Below are positions 28,636 to 37,112 of a stretch of DNA of 39,406 nucleotides, piece by piece. The notes below the pieces were generated by a model. It was not told the DNA's origin. It saw only the letters and a program-made list of their open reading frames with translations, and ran no database searches. The stretch is from Fidelibacterota bacterium (GTDB taxonomy: Bacteria > Fidelibacterota > Fidelibacteria > Fidelibacterales > DSDE01), in contig JBJKQR010000045.1 of the NCBI GenBank assembly GCA_046735395.1, positions 1 through 39,406 of the forward strand. The letters are read 5' to 3'. The position numbers were made by a program, and so were the translations under genes. Positions within the stretch are counted from its first letter, which is position 1, and the number at the start of each line of letters is the position of its first letter.

Positions 28636-30077
28636 GTGACGCAGCTGGGAGCCGGGGAAATCCGGAAGCTCCGGTAAAAAAAAATCAGGTTCTCGAATTG
28701 ACCATCGAATCCCTTGCCTATGGCGGGAAGGGAGTTGCCAGACTTGATAATTTTGTAATATTTATAAAAAATGCCCTTCCGGGCCAGACGGTGGAGGCGC
28801 GTATCATCAAGCGTCGTTCCGCCTGGGCAGAAGCAGTTATTCTTCGTGTAATCCGGAAATCGGATATGCAGGTGGAGGCGCCCTGTCCCTATTTTTCCGA
28901 CTGTGGAGGCTGCAGCTTTCAGAATCTCGATTACGCCCATCAGCTGCTGATGAAAAAACAGCAGGTTGAAGATGTGTACCGGCATCTGACCCATATCGGT
29001 CAGGTTGTGGTGAAGGACGTTCTGGCCAGCCCTGTCGTGATGGGTTACCGCAATAAGATGGAGTTTTCCGCGGGAGACAGCCGCTGGATCCGCCAGGAGG
29101 GCGATGACGGAAGTGACCGGGATTTTGCCATCGGGCTTCACGCTCCGGGACGGTTCGACAAGGTTCTGGACATCGACCGCTGTCTGCTGCAGGCTGATGA
29201 CGCCAATCAGATCTATCATCATATCCGTGACTGGGCCCGGCAGAACTGCATCACCCTGAATAATCCGCGAAAACATACGGGATTTCTGCGGAATGTCATG
29301 ATACGCCGCGGTGAGCACAGCGGTGAAATCATGGTGAATCTCATTACCCGGACTGAAGACCGTGAACGGCTGCAGCCGCTTGCGGATTCTCTTCTCGCAT
29401 CATTTCCATCCATTGCCTCCATTATGAATAATGTGACCGCATCGCTGGGCATGCAGAGCAGGGGTGAAAAGGAAATCTGTCTGGCCGGCAACCCGGTGAT
29501 CCATGACCGGATCGGCTCCATTGACTATGAAATATCTCCGAACAGCTTTTTTCAGACGAATACAAAAGGCGCCGAACAGCTTTACGATGTGGTCCGGAAT
29601 TATGCCCGCAGCCAGGAGAACCCTGTAATCTGGGATTTTTACTCGGGGACCGGATCCATTGCGCTGTATCTGGCCGACAGCGCCCGGAAGGTCTACGGTT
29701 TTGAGGTAGTGGCCGATGCGGTGAAAAACGCCAATGCCAATGCGCTGCGCAACGGCCGGGACAACTGTGAATTCTTCGAAGCGGATCTGGACCGCTTTCT
29801 CCAGAAAAACCAGGATCTGATTGCTTCCCTGCAGAAACCGGATATTGCCATCATTGATCCGCCAAGAGCAGGAATTCATCCCAAGTTTCTGCAGCAGCTG
29901 GTGAACCTGGCTCCGCCGCGTATTATCTACGTCAGCTGTAATCCGTCAACACAGGCCAGGGATATTGAAGCCTTTCTGGAGGCGGGGTACGCGGTGGAAG
30001 AGCTGCAACCCGTCGACATGTTTCCCCATACCTGGCATATCGAGTCCGTTGCGCTGCTGACCCGCCCGCAAGTCTGA
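28632..30077 (+). CDS. rlmD: 23S rRNA (uracil-5)-methyltransferase RlmD
   Basis: TRAM domain, CPYFSDCGGC, YRNKMEF, SFFQTN, DPPRAG, YVSCNPSTQARD, DMFPHT.H.E. Confidence 0.93.
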   Translation: MSDAAGSRGNPEAPVKKNQVLELTIESLAYGGKGVARLDNFVIFIKNALPGQTVEARIIKRRSAWAEAVILRVIRKSDMQVEAPCPYFSDCGGCSFQNLDYAHQLLMKKQQVEDVYRHLTHIGQVVVKDVLASPVVMGYRNKMEFSAGDSRWIRQEGDDGSDRDFAIGLHAPGRFDKVLDIDRCLLQADDANQIYHHIRDWARQNCITLNNPRKHTGFLRNVMIRRGEHSGEIMVNLITRTEDRERLQPLADSLLASFPSIASIMNNVTASLGMQSRGEKEICLAGNPVIHDRIGSIDYEISPNSFFQTNTKGAEQLYDVVRNYARSQENPVIWDFYSGTGSIALYLADSARKVYGFEVVADAVKNANANALRNGRDNCEFFEADLDRFLQKNQDLIASLQKPDIAIIDPPRAGIHPKFLQQLVNLAPPRIIYVSCNPSTQARDIEAFLEAGYAVEELQPVDMFPHTWHIESVALLTRPQV

Positions 30078-30083
30078 TATTTA

Positions 30084-30539
30084 TTACTTAATAATTCTGT
30101 CTGTATATTCCGAGTAGTCCTTGAGAACCGGATGATAGTCATTTTTATGAAAAAGCGGTGATGAAATCAAAAAATCCGCCGAGCTTCGGTTACAGGCTGT
30201 GGGCACATTGTAGAGGACGGCGATACGCAGAAGGGCCTTCACATCCACATCGTGAGGCTGTGCATACATGGGATCCCAGAGAAAAATCAGCAGATCGATC
30301 TTCCCGTCAGCGATGAGGCTTCCCATCTGCTGGTCTCCGCCAAGGGGGCCGGATTTCAGCCGGGTCAGATTCAGCGTGCCATGATTCGTTTTTTTCAGAA
30401 GTGCGTCCGCCACCAGACGGCCGGTTGTTCCGGTACAGACCAGTTCATGTTCGATCAGGCTGAACCCATTGAATTCCACCCATTCGATCAAATCTTTCTT
30501 CCGATTGTCGTGGGCCACAAGTGCGATCGTTTTTTTCAT
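30084..30539 (-). CDS. mgsA: Methylglyoxal synthase
   Basis: IALVAHD.RK, TGTTG, SGPLGGDQQ, PHDVDVKALLR; ATG 30539 after GGAGG. Confidence 0.95.
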   Translation of the reverse strand: MKKTIALVAHDNRKKDLIEWVEFNGFSLIEHELVCTGTTGRLVADALLKKTNHGTLNLTRLKSGPLGGDQQMGSLIADGKIDLLIFLWDPMYAQPHDVDVKALLRIAVLYNVPTACNRSSADFLISSPLFHKNDYHPVLKDYSEYTDRIIK

Positions 30540-30652
30540 ATGTCCTCCCATGCCCAAATATAGAAAAAAAAAGGGAGTGTTCCCGCGGCGAAATCATTTG
30601 ATTTGTGGTAGCGGGGGATTCGATTCTTTTTACAGAAACAGAAATAAAATTC

Positions 30653-30682
30653 TTGCAATGAATTAGATCATTGCCTTAACTT
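30653..30682 (+). promoter_or_regulatory. Putative promoter of the proC-metA-metY operon (TTGCAA-N18-TAACTT)
   Basis: TTG 30653-30655, 21 nt spacer, TAACTT 30677-30682. Confidence 0.55.
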
Positions 30683-30712
30683 ACCTGAAAAGACAAGAGG
30701 ATATTCTCTCCC

Positions 30713-30751
30713 ATGTTGATGCCGTACATCATGCCGAACCCTTTAACCTGA
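30713..30751 (+). CDS. Putative leader peptide MLMPYIMPNPLT
   Basis: 12-codon ORF after AAGAGGA (30695-30701); 3 Met and 3 Pro codons; its 3' end lies in a long stem upstream of proC. Confidence 0.5.
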   Translation: MLMPYIMPNPLT

Positions 30752-30830
30752 GCCGAGTCCTTACATTGGGGATTTTGCCGGGTTTGAAGGGAAGCCGGAA
30801 TTTTATCATATAAAAAATAAAAGGGATATT

Positions 30831-31631
30831 ATGGAAGCGAACATTGCCATCATCGGGAGCGGAAACATCGGCAGCTCCATTGCGTCCGGGCTTTTAGACA
30901 GTGGCCTGGTCGGGGCCGGCCAGCTGACACTGACGCGCCGGAAACAGGAAAAACTGCAGGCCTTCCGGGATCGGGGAGTCAAGACGGGGGATGATAACCG
31001 TGCCGCCGTGAGAGAATCGGATATTGTGATTCTGGCGGTTGAACCCCGGCAGACGGATGCCGTTCTGGAATCCATTGCGCCGGATCTGCAGGCGGACCGG
31101 CACATTCTCATCAGCATCGTGACCGGTGTGAGTATTGAACGCATCAAGAATCTGACCGGCTCTGCACTTCGCGTCGTCCGGGCCATGCCCAATACAGCCA
31201 TCGCGCTGCGGGAATCCATGACCTGCCTGGCTACGCTTGAAGAAAACGACGATGCCATCCGGGTGGCTGAAACCATTTTTTCGGCACTCGGCAACTGCGT
31301 GGTGATCCGGGAAGATCAGATGAATCCCGCCACGGCCTTAGTCGCCTGCGGTGTGGCCTTCTTTCTGCGTTCCATCCGCGCAGCAGCCCAGGGCGGTATT
31401 GAAATCGGATTCCATTCTCATGATGCGATTCAGATGGCGGCCCAGACGGCAAAGGGTGCGGCAGAACTGCTGCTGAAGGGGAAAAAGCATCCGGAAGAGG
31501 AGATTGACCGCGTGACGACTCCCAAGGGTGTGACCATTGCCGGCCTGAATCAGATGGAGCATGAAGGATTTTCGTCTGCGATGATCCGCGGGATCACACT
31601 GGCCGCGGAAAAAGCTTCGAAAGTGTACTGA
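30831..31631 (+). CDS. proC: Pyrroline-5-carboxylate reductase
   Basis: IIGSGNIG, VRAMPNT, TALVACG, VTTPKGVTIAGL. Confidence 0.94.
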   Translation: MEANIAIIGSGNIGSSIASGLLDSGLVGAGQLTLTRRKQEKLQAFRDRGVKTGDDNRAAVRESDIVILAVEPRQTDAVLESIAPDLQADRHILISIVTGVSIERIKNLTGSALRVVRAMPNTAIALRESMTCLATLEENDDAIRVAETIFSALGNCVVIREDQMNPATALVACGVAFFLRSIRAAAQGGIEIGFHSHDAIQMAAQTAKGAAELLLKGKKHPEEEIDRVTTPKGVTIAGLNQMEHEGFSSAMIRGITLAAEKASKVY

Positions 31632-31657
31632 GCTTAGAAAGATGATAGGGAAAGCGT

Positions 31658-32746
31658 ATGCCATTAGTTGAACACAGCGGGCTCCCGAGTTTCGAGAGTC
31701 TGAAAAAGCGGGGCCAGGAAGTCCTGTCACTGGAGCAGGCGAACCATCAGGATATCCGTGAACTGCATATCGGTATTCTGAACATGATGCCGGATGCTGC
31801 TCTGACCATCACCGAGGAACAGTTTATCAACCTGGTGGGCGGCAGCAATCAGATTGCGCAGTTTTACGTTCATCTCTTTACGCTGGACAGTCTGGAGCGG
31901 TCGGCGGAAAGCCGGGACTATATTCATAAATATTACGATACGTTTGCAGATATCCGCAAAGAAGGCCTTGATGCACTGATCATTACCGGAGCCAATATTT
32001 CCAATCCGGAGATACAGAAGGAGCCCTTCTGGGACGAGCTGAATGATGTCATATCATGGGCAGATCGGCAGGTTACCTCCGTGCTCTGCTCCTGCCTGGC
32101 CACGCACGCCCTGGTGAAATATTTTTATAATATTGACCGGCAGCGGCTTCCGGGCAAACGCTGGGGTGTGTATCCTCACCGGGTTTCACGGGGTCAGCAT
32201 CCCCTGCTGAGAGATCTGAACACACGTTTTGATGTTCCCCATTCCCGCTATAATGAAATCCGCTCCTGCGATCTGAAGGATGCAGGACTGAAGGTGCTGG
32301 TGGAAAGTGAAGCCGGAGACGTGCATCTGGCCGTGAGCCCCGATTGTTTCCGCTATGTCTTCCTGCAGGGACATCCGGAATATTCCATCAATTCGCTGCT
32401 GAAGGAGTACAAACGGGAAGTAAAACGCTATATAGACGGAGAACGCGGTGATTATCCGCCTCTGCCGGAGAATTATTTTACGGTTCAGGCCCGGCGTCTT
32501 AGCGAAAATTTCGGAAAAAAAGTGATGAGCGATCGACAGAAACCGGGGCTTATGGATGAATTTCCGGAAACGGAACTGGAAGACCTGCTGGACAATACCT
32601 GGGGTGACAGCGGCAAAACGCTGTTCAATAACTGGCTGGGACTTGTCTACAAGCTGACCCATGTGGACAGGAAAAAACAGTTCATCGAGGGTGTGGACCG
32701 GAACGATCCGCTGGGAATGAAGCAGGATGGAGAATGCCGCGGATAG
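31658..32746 (+). CDS. metA: Homoserine O-acyltransferase, MetA (HTS) family
   Basis: HQDIRELHIGILNMMP, DALIITGA, catalytic CSCLA, PHSRYN, QGHPEY, W...LFNNWL. Acetyl versus succinyl specificity not determined. Confidence 0.92.
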   Translation: MPLVEHSGLPSFESLKKRGQEVLSLEQANHQDIRELHIGILNMMPDAALTITEEQFINLVGGSNQIAQFYVHLFTLDSLERSAESRDYIHKYYDTFADIRKEGLDALIITGANISNPEIQKEPFWDELNDVISWADRQVTSVLCSCLATHALVKYFYNIDRQRLPGKRWGVYPHRVSRGQHPLLRDLNTRFDVPHSRYNEIRSCDLKDAGLKVLVESEAGDVHLAVSPDCFRYVFLQGHPEYSINSLLKEYKREVKRYIDGERGDYPPLPENYFTVQARRLSENFGKKVMSDRQKPGLMDEFPETELEDLLDNTWGDSGKTLFNNWLGLVYKLTHVDRKKQFIEGVDRNDPLGMKQDGECRG

Positions 32747-32804
32747 GCCCGCATCGGATCGGTGGAAAAATTAAAATGAATAAAGGAATCTGAAGGAGAA
32801 TGAA

Positions 32805-34073
32805 ATGAAACGGGAGAGTATTGCCATACATGGAGGATATGAAGGGGATCCGAGCACAAAATCGGTTGCTGTGCCCATCTATCAGACCGTTGCCTATGAA
32901 TTTGACAGCGCTGATCATGCCGCGGCCCTGTTTAACCTGGAGACACCGGGGAATATCTACACGCGGATTATGAATCCAACCTGCGATATCCTGGAAAAAC
33001 GGGTTGCGGAGCTGGAAGGCGGTATCGCTGCTCTGGCTGTGAGCGCCGGATCCGCAGCCATCACCTATGCCGTGCAGACCCTGGCTTCGCCGGGAAAAAA
33101 TCTGGTATCGGTTCCCATGCTCTACGGCGGAACCTACACGCTCTTTGCCCATGTTTTTCCATCCCAGGGACTGGACGTCCGTTTTGCGGAGGATGACCGC
33201 GTCGCCTCATTGGAAAAGCTGATCGACAAAAATACCATCGGTGTCTATTGCGAATCCATTGGAAATCCGGCCGGGAATATTGTGGATCTTGAGGCCATTG
33301 CAGCCATGGCTCACCGGCATGGCGTTCCGCTTATCGTGGACAATACGGTAGCGACGCCCATGCTGATCCGTCCCATCGAATGGGGCGCGGATATTGTGGT
33401 CCACAGCCTGACCAAATACATGGGCGGCCACGGAAACAGCCTGGGCGGGATCATCGTGGACAGCGGACGTTTTCCCTGGGCCAGCTATGAGGAAAAATTT
33501 CCGGGCCTGAATTCACCGGAAGCAGCCTATCACGGCGTGGTATATTCGAGAGATGCCGGGGAGGCGGCCTTCATTGCCCGTGCCCGGACCGTTCCCCTGA
33601 GAAATACGGGATCCGCTCTGTCGCCTATGAATGCATTTCTGATTCTCCAGGGAATCGAGACCCTGGCACTCCGGATGGAACGTCATTGTGACAACGCTCT
33701 GGCCCTGGCAGATTTTCTCAGCTCTCATGCGATGGTTGCCTGGGTGAAATACGGAGGTCTGAAGGATTCACCGTATTACGGCCTGGCGCAGAAATACTGC
33801 GGCGGCCGGCCGTCGTCCCTGCTCAGTTTCGGAGTGAAGGGCGGATTGGAGGCCGGGAAAAAAGTTTATGACAATCTGAAAATGATCAAACGTCTGGTCA
33901 ATATCGGCGATGCGAAAACGCTGGCGGCTCATCCCGCGTCCACGACCCACCGTCAGTTGAGCGACGCGGAGCTGAAGGGCGCCGGTGTCACGGAGGACAT
34001 GATCCGTGTTTCAGTCGGAATTGAACATATTGAAGATATTATTGCTGATATTTCACAGGCTCTGAATGCCTGA
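32805..34073 (+). CDS. metY: O-acetylhomoserine sulfhydrylase / aminocarboxypropyltransferase
   Basis: AVPIYQT, GNIYTRIMNPT, HSLTKYMGGHG (PLP lysine), NIGDAKT..HPASTTH. Confidence 0.93.
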   Translation: MKRESIAIHGGYEGDPSTKSVAVPIYQTVAYEFDSADHAAALFNLETPGNIYTRIMNPTCDILEKRVAELEGGIAALAVSAGSAAITYAVQTLASPGKNLVSVPMLYGGTYTLFAHVFPSQGLDVRFAEDDRVASLEKLIDKNTIGVYCESIGNPAGNIVDLEAIAAMAHRHGVPLIVDNTVATPMLIRPIEWGADIVVHSLTKYMGGHGNSLGGIIVDSGRFPWASYEEKFPGLNSPEAAYHGVVYSRDAGEAAFIARARTVPLRNTGSALSPMNAFLILQGIETLALRMERHCDNALALADFLSSHAMVAWVKYGGLKDSPYYGLAQKYCGGRPSSLLSFGVKGGLEAGKKVYDNLKMIKRLVNIGDAKTLAAHPASTTHRQLSDAELKGAGVTEDMIRVSVGIEHIEDIIADISQALNA

Positions 34074-34084
34074 CCGGAAGCGCT

Positions 34085-35644
34085 TCAGTTGACGGCCTCC
34101 CGGTAGGTGCTGCGGCCCTTCATGATTTCACCGCCCGTGATCATATCCACGATCTGCAGCCCGGCCTGCATGGCGGGCCAGATTCCATGGGAAAATTTGG
34201 TCAGGTAAAGATTTTTCACGGGAGTGCGGGAGGGCAGCCGGTTCTTCCCGAAATTTTCCGGGACCGGCAGCATATCATACTGGGATCCTGTGGGAGATCC
34301 GAGATAGCGGGCATAGGTCGCGGGTGTGGATATATCCCGGATCAGAATATGTTTTCGCAGACCGGGAATCATGTATTCCTCGACCTTGCTGATATAAAAT
34401 TCTGCGGTTTCCTGCTTTTCCCGGACATATCGTCTGTAATCGGTATTTCGTAGTTGAATCCAGTATTCGGAGGGGACCGGGACCACATGAATGATCAGAT
34501 TCTGCCGGTCTCCGCGCTGCAGCGAAGGGCAGGTGACAGCCAGGTGAAATTCCTCATCCGACTGCAGCAATTCCTTCCGGTCCCAGGCCTGAAACAGGGT
34601 TTCGTGAGCATGAGGAGAGGAACTCAGGATGTTGTAGGCACAATCAAACCCCAGGCCCTTCAGATCCAATTCTCCGTCAAGACCTATATGAATGGCAAAT
34701 CCTGATGGTGACATCTTCATGGCCTCCGCCTTCTGAAAATATTTCCGTGACCGGTAGCCGCCGGGCCGGTGATCGAGCATGCTCAGAAGCGTATTTTTCG
34801 TATCGGCCGTGGAGACCACATTTGAGGCCGGAATGATATCCCCGTTTTTCAGCTGCACGCCTGTGGTCCGGCCGTCTTCGCTGAGAATTCTGTCTACTTC
34901 ACAATTGCGTCGGACCCGGACTCCCCGTTCCACAGCTTTTCTCATAAATGCAGAAGGAAAATCGATGAATCCCCGCTGCGGACGCCAGGCCCCGTGCAGC
35001 GTGGTCATCATGGCACAGGCCGTGAGCAGCGCTGCGCAGCGTTGTCCGGAGAGGCCGCTGAAGGAGGAAAAGGCATCGAGAATGCGGACCAGCCCCCGAT
35101 TCCGAAAGCCGAAATGTTTCAGAAATTCCTCATAACTGCTGTTCGAGAAACGGATGATCTGAGGGCATTGAAGCAGAATAGCCGGCAGATCGCGGAGACG
35201 CGGCTCGGTTTTCAGGTTGTTGAGTTCGCGGATGAATTTTTCACACACTTCGAAAAAATTCAGGATGGCCCTTCTGTCTTCCGGAAAGCGGGATTGAAGG
35301 TCCCGGGAAAAATCCTGAACGGAAGAGGGGATATCAAATATTTCCCTGTTCCGGGTTTCGGGATCAACGGTGAAAAGGCGGGCATAGCTTCCCTCGAAGC
35401 GTTTCAGGGGAATATCAATATCAAAGAAGCGGAGAAGATCGCGGCAGTCCGGGATCATTTGAACCGTATCGAAATGATACCCTTTTCGGGCGAAGGTCAT
35501 GACGCAGCCGCCGGGAACGGGGTTTTTTTCCAGGACCAGAACCGGATGCGTTTCCGGATTCCGGACTTTTGTCCAGGCCAGAGCCGTGCTCAGCCCGGCA
35601 ATGCCGGCGCCGATGATGACGAGAGGGGCGGTCTCATTTTTCAT
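34085..35644 (-). CDS. FAD-dependent oxidoreductase, phytoene desaturase / retinol saturase-like family
   Basis: IIGAGIAGL, VLEKNPVPGG..TF.RKGY.FD, P..GF, STPATYARY.G...GS.Y, RTPVKNLYL; GGAGG RBS. Confidence 0.85.
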   Translation of the reverse strand: MKNETAPLVIIGAGIAGLSTALAWTKVRNPETHPVLVLEKNPVPGGCVMTFARKGYHFDTVQMIPDCRDLLRFFDIDIPLKRFEGSYARLFTVDPETRNREIFDIPSSVQDFSRDLQSRFPEDRRAILNFFEVCEKFIRELNNLKTEPRLRDLPAILLQCPQIIRFSNSSYEEFLKHFGFRNRGLVRILDAFSSFSGLSGQRCAALLTACAMMTTLHGAWRPQRGFIDFPSAFMRKAVERGVRVRRNCEVDRILSEDGRTTGVQLKNGDIIPASNVVSTADTKNTLLSMLDHRPGGYRSRKYFQKAEAMKMSPSGFAIHIGLDGELDLKGLGFDCAYNILSSSPHAHETLFQAWDRKELLQSDEEFHLAVTCPSLQRGDRQNLIIHVVPVPSEYWIQLRNTDYRRYVREKQETAEFYISKVEEYMIPGLRKHILIRDISTPATYARYLGSPTGSQYDMLPVPENFGKNRLPSRTPVKNLYLTKFSHGIWPAMQAGLQIVDMITGGEIMKGRSTYREAVN

Positions 35645-35679
35645 GATGCCTCCTGCCAGATAATTAGAAAAAAAGGTGA

Positions 35680-36015
35680 TCAGCAGGGAGAGATGATTTT
35701 ATCCGCAGTTGTGAAAATTTCGACGGCCTTTTTCATGTTTCCGGGTTTCCCGACTTTCAGAGAATCCTTTTTCCCATACTGTTCCAGACAGCGTCCACAG
35801 CTGGCAATTTCCGTTCCCCGTGCCGCAAAATTTTTCAGAATCTCCAGCGCTTCGCCCTCTTCGGATGTGAGATATACAGCTGTCTGCATGCAGCCGATGA
35901 CATCCACCGGCTCTCCGGATTCGTATAATTCCTTGAGAAATGCGATCAGCAGCATTTTTCCCAGCTTCTCATCTCCCTTGCCAATCTGGTCAGAATTAAG
36001 ATATAAAAAGGTCAC
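35680..36015 (-). CDS. DsrE-family sulfurtransferase-like protein (selenium metabolism YedF-like, DsrE domain only)
   Basis: LNSDQIGKGDEKLGKMLL.AFL, AVYLT, SCGRCLEQYG, VG..GNM, ADKII. Start moved to GTG 36015 after GGGAG; the track's TTG 36078 coincides with a promoter box. Confidence 0.8.
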   Translation of the reverse strand: MTFLYLNSDQIGKGDEKLGKMLLIAFLKELYESGEPVDVIGCMQTAVYLTSEEGEALEILKNFAARGTEIASCGRCLEQYGKKDSLKVGKPGNMKKAVEIFTTADKIISPC

Positions 36016-36049
36016 GTATCCAGTCTCCCTGCTCGGTTTTAATGAGTGG

Positions 36050-36078
36050 AATTTATCTATTATAAATCCCAATTGCAA
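36050..36078 (-). promoter_or_regulatory. Putative promoter for the YedF-like gene (TTG-N20-TAAATT)
   Basis: Minus-strand TTG 36078-36076 and TAAATT 36055-36050. Confidence 0.5.
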
Positions 36079-36167
36079 AACGATTGCGGATTATGCGGGA
36101 TTGTGAATGCCCGCGTCCCCATGTCGTAAATATTTGCAGAGTCTTAGGATAAATTGGGAGAAAAAAT

Positions 36168-36197
36168 TTGAGTATTCAGGAAAAAATGTTTTAAGTT
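36168..36197 (+). promoter_or_regulatory. Putative promoter for the cupin operon (TTG-N21-TAAGTT)
   Basis: TTG 36168-36170 and TAAGTT 36192-36197. Confidence 0.45.
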
Positions 36198-36221
36198 AGC
36201 CGGTAAAAAGGACGGATTTTC

Positions 36222-36578
36222 ATGTCAGTAAAGAAATTGGAGAGCTTCGAAAAGAAGCCGGTTGAAGCCGGGACCCGGACACAAATACAGGTTCTGATCG
36301 GGACAGACAGAGGACCTCATTTTGCCATGCGGAGGTTTATCATCAGTTCGGGCGGATTCATGCCCTTGCACACCAATTCGGTGGAGCATGAGCAGTTAGT
36401 GCTGAAAGGGCGGGCGGAAGTTCGCCTTGGAAACGAAACGGTCATCGTATCCAAAGACGATGTGGTATACATTCCTGCCGGACAGCCCCATTCCTATAAA
36501 AATCTCGGTGAAGAGGATTTTGAATTTATCTGTGTCGTTCCGAATCAGGAAGACAAACTGGAGATACTGGAAGATTGA
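36222..36578 (+). CDS. Cupin domain protein
   Basis: FAMRRF...GG.MPLHTNSVEHEQ and VYIPAGQPHSY cupin motifs 1 and 2. Confidence 0.88.
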   Translation: MSVKKLESFEKKPVEAGTRTQIQVLIGTDRGPHFAMRRFIISSGGFMPLHTNSVEHEQLVLKGRAEVRLGNETVIVSKDDVVYIPAGQPHSYKNLGEEDFEFICVVPNQEDKLEILED

Positions 36579-36616
36579 ATCCATATCTCTGAAATCCGGA
36601 AACGGGAGAGTGTATC

Positions 36617-37090
36617 ATGAAAAGAACGTTTATAACGGTTCTATTTCTGTTCGCCGCATTGACTGGCTGCACAAGCCGGAATAACGAAGAAATGCCGGCA
36701 GACCTCCGGACGCGGGTTCATCAGTTTTATCAGGCCATTGACAGTGGTGATCTGCAGAAACGATGGGAAATGTATGGCGAGAATGCCCTGATTCTTCCGG
36801 ATCATCGTCCGCCCGTCGTGGGGCGGGAAAACATGCGGCTGCGGCTTTTGTCCCGGGATCCGAAGGTATTCAAGATCCGAAACCGCGAGGTACTTGATAC
36901 GCGTGTTTCATCGAACCTGGCCTGTATCGTTAGCCAGTTTGAGTACGCTCTGACGAAGCAGGGGGAGACAGAACAGTGGCACAGAACAAAAAACGTTCAG
37001 GTCTGGGAAAAGCAGACAGGGAAGGTCTGGGAACTTCAGACCGATATCTGGAATTCAAATGTTCCCATGACGCAGTTCAATCTGGAATGA
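36617..37090 (+). CDS. NTF2/SnoaL-like (DUF4440) lipoprotein
   Basis: Lipobox LTGC; FYQAIDSGD, Y.ENA.ILP..P.VGRE, VWEKQ...W....DIWNS. Confidence 0.8.
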   Translation: MKRTFITVLFLFAALTGCTSRNNEEMPADLRTRVHQFYQAIDSGDLQKRWEMYGENALILPDHRPPVVGRENMRLRLLSRDPKVFKIRNREVLDTRVSSNLACIVSQFEYALTKQGETEQWHRTKNVQVWEKQTGKVWELQTDIWNSNVPMTQFNLE

Positions 37091-37112
37091 AGCCGGCCGT
37101 CAGCGGGAAGGA

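Noticed and set aside
30689..30830. SAM-I riboswitch, T-box or 6S RNA upstream of proC-metA-metY
   Set aside because: Their consensus motifs are not visible; the leader-peptide model fits better.
35641..35690. YedF-like gene ends Cys-UGA, a possible CU motif
   Set aside because: The domain is complete, and the downstream sequence is T-rich with no hairpin and holds the next gene's RBS.
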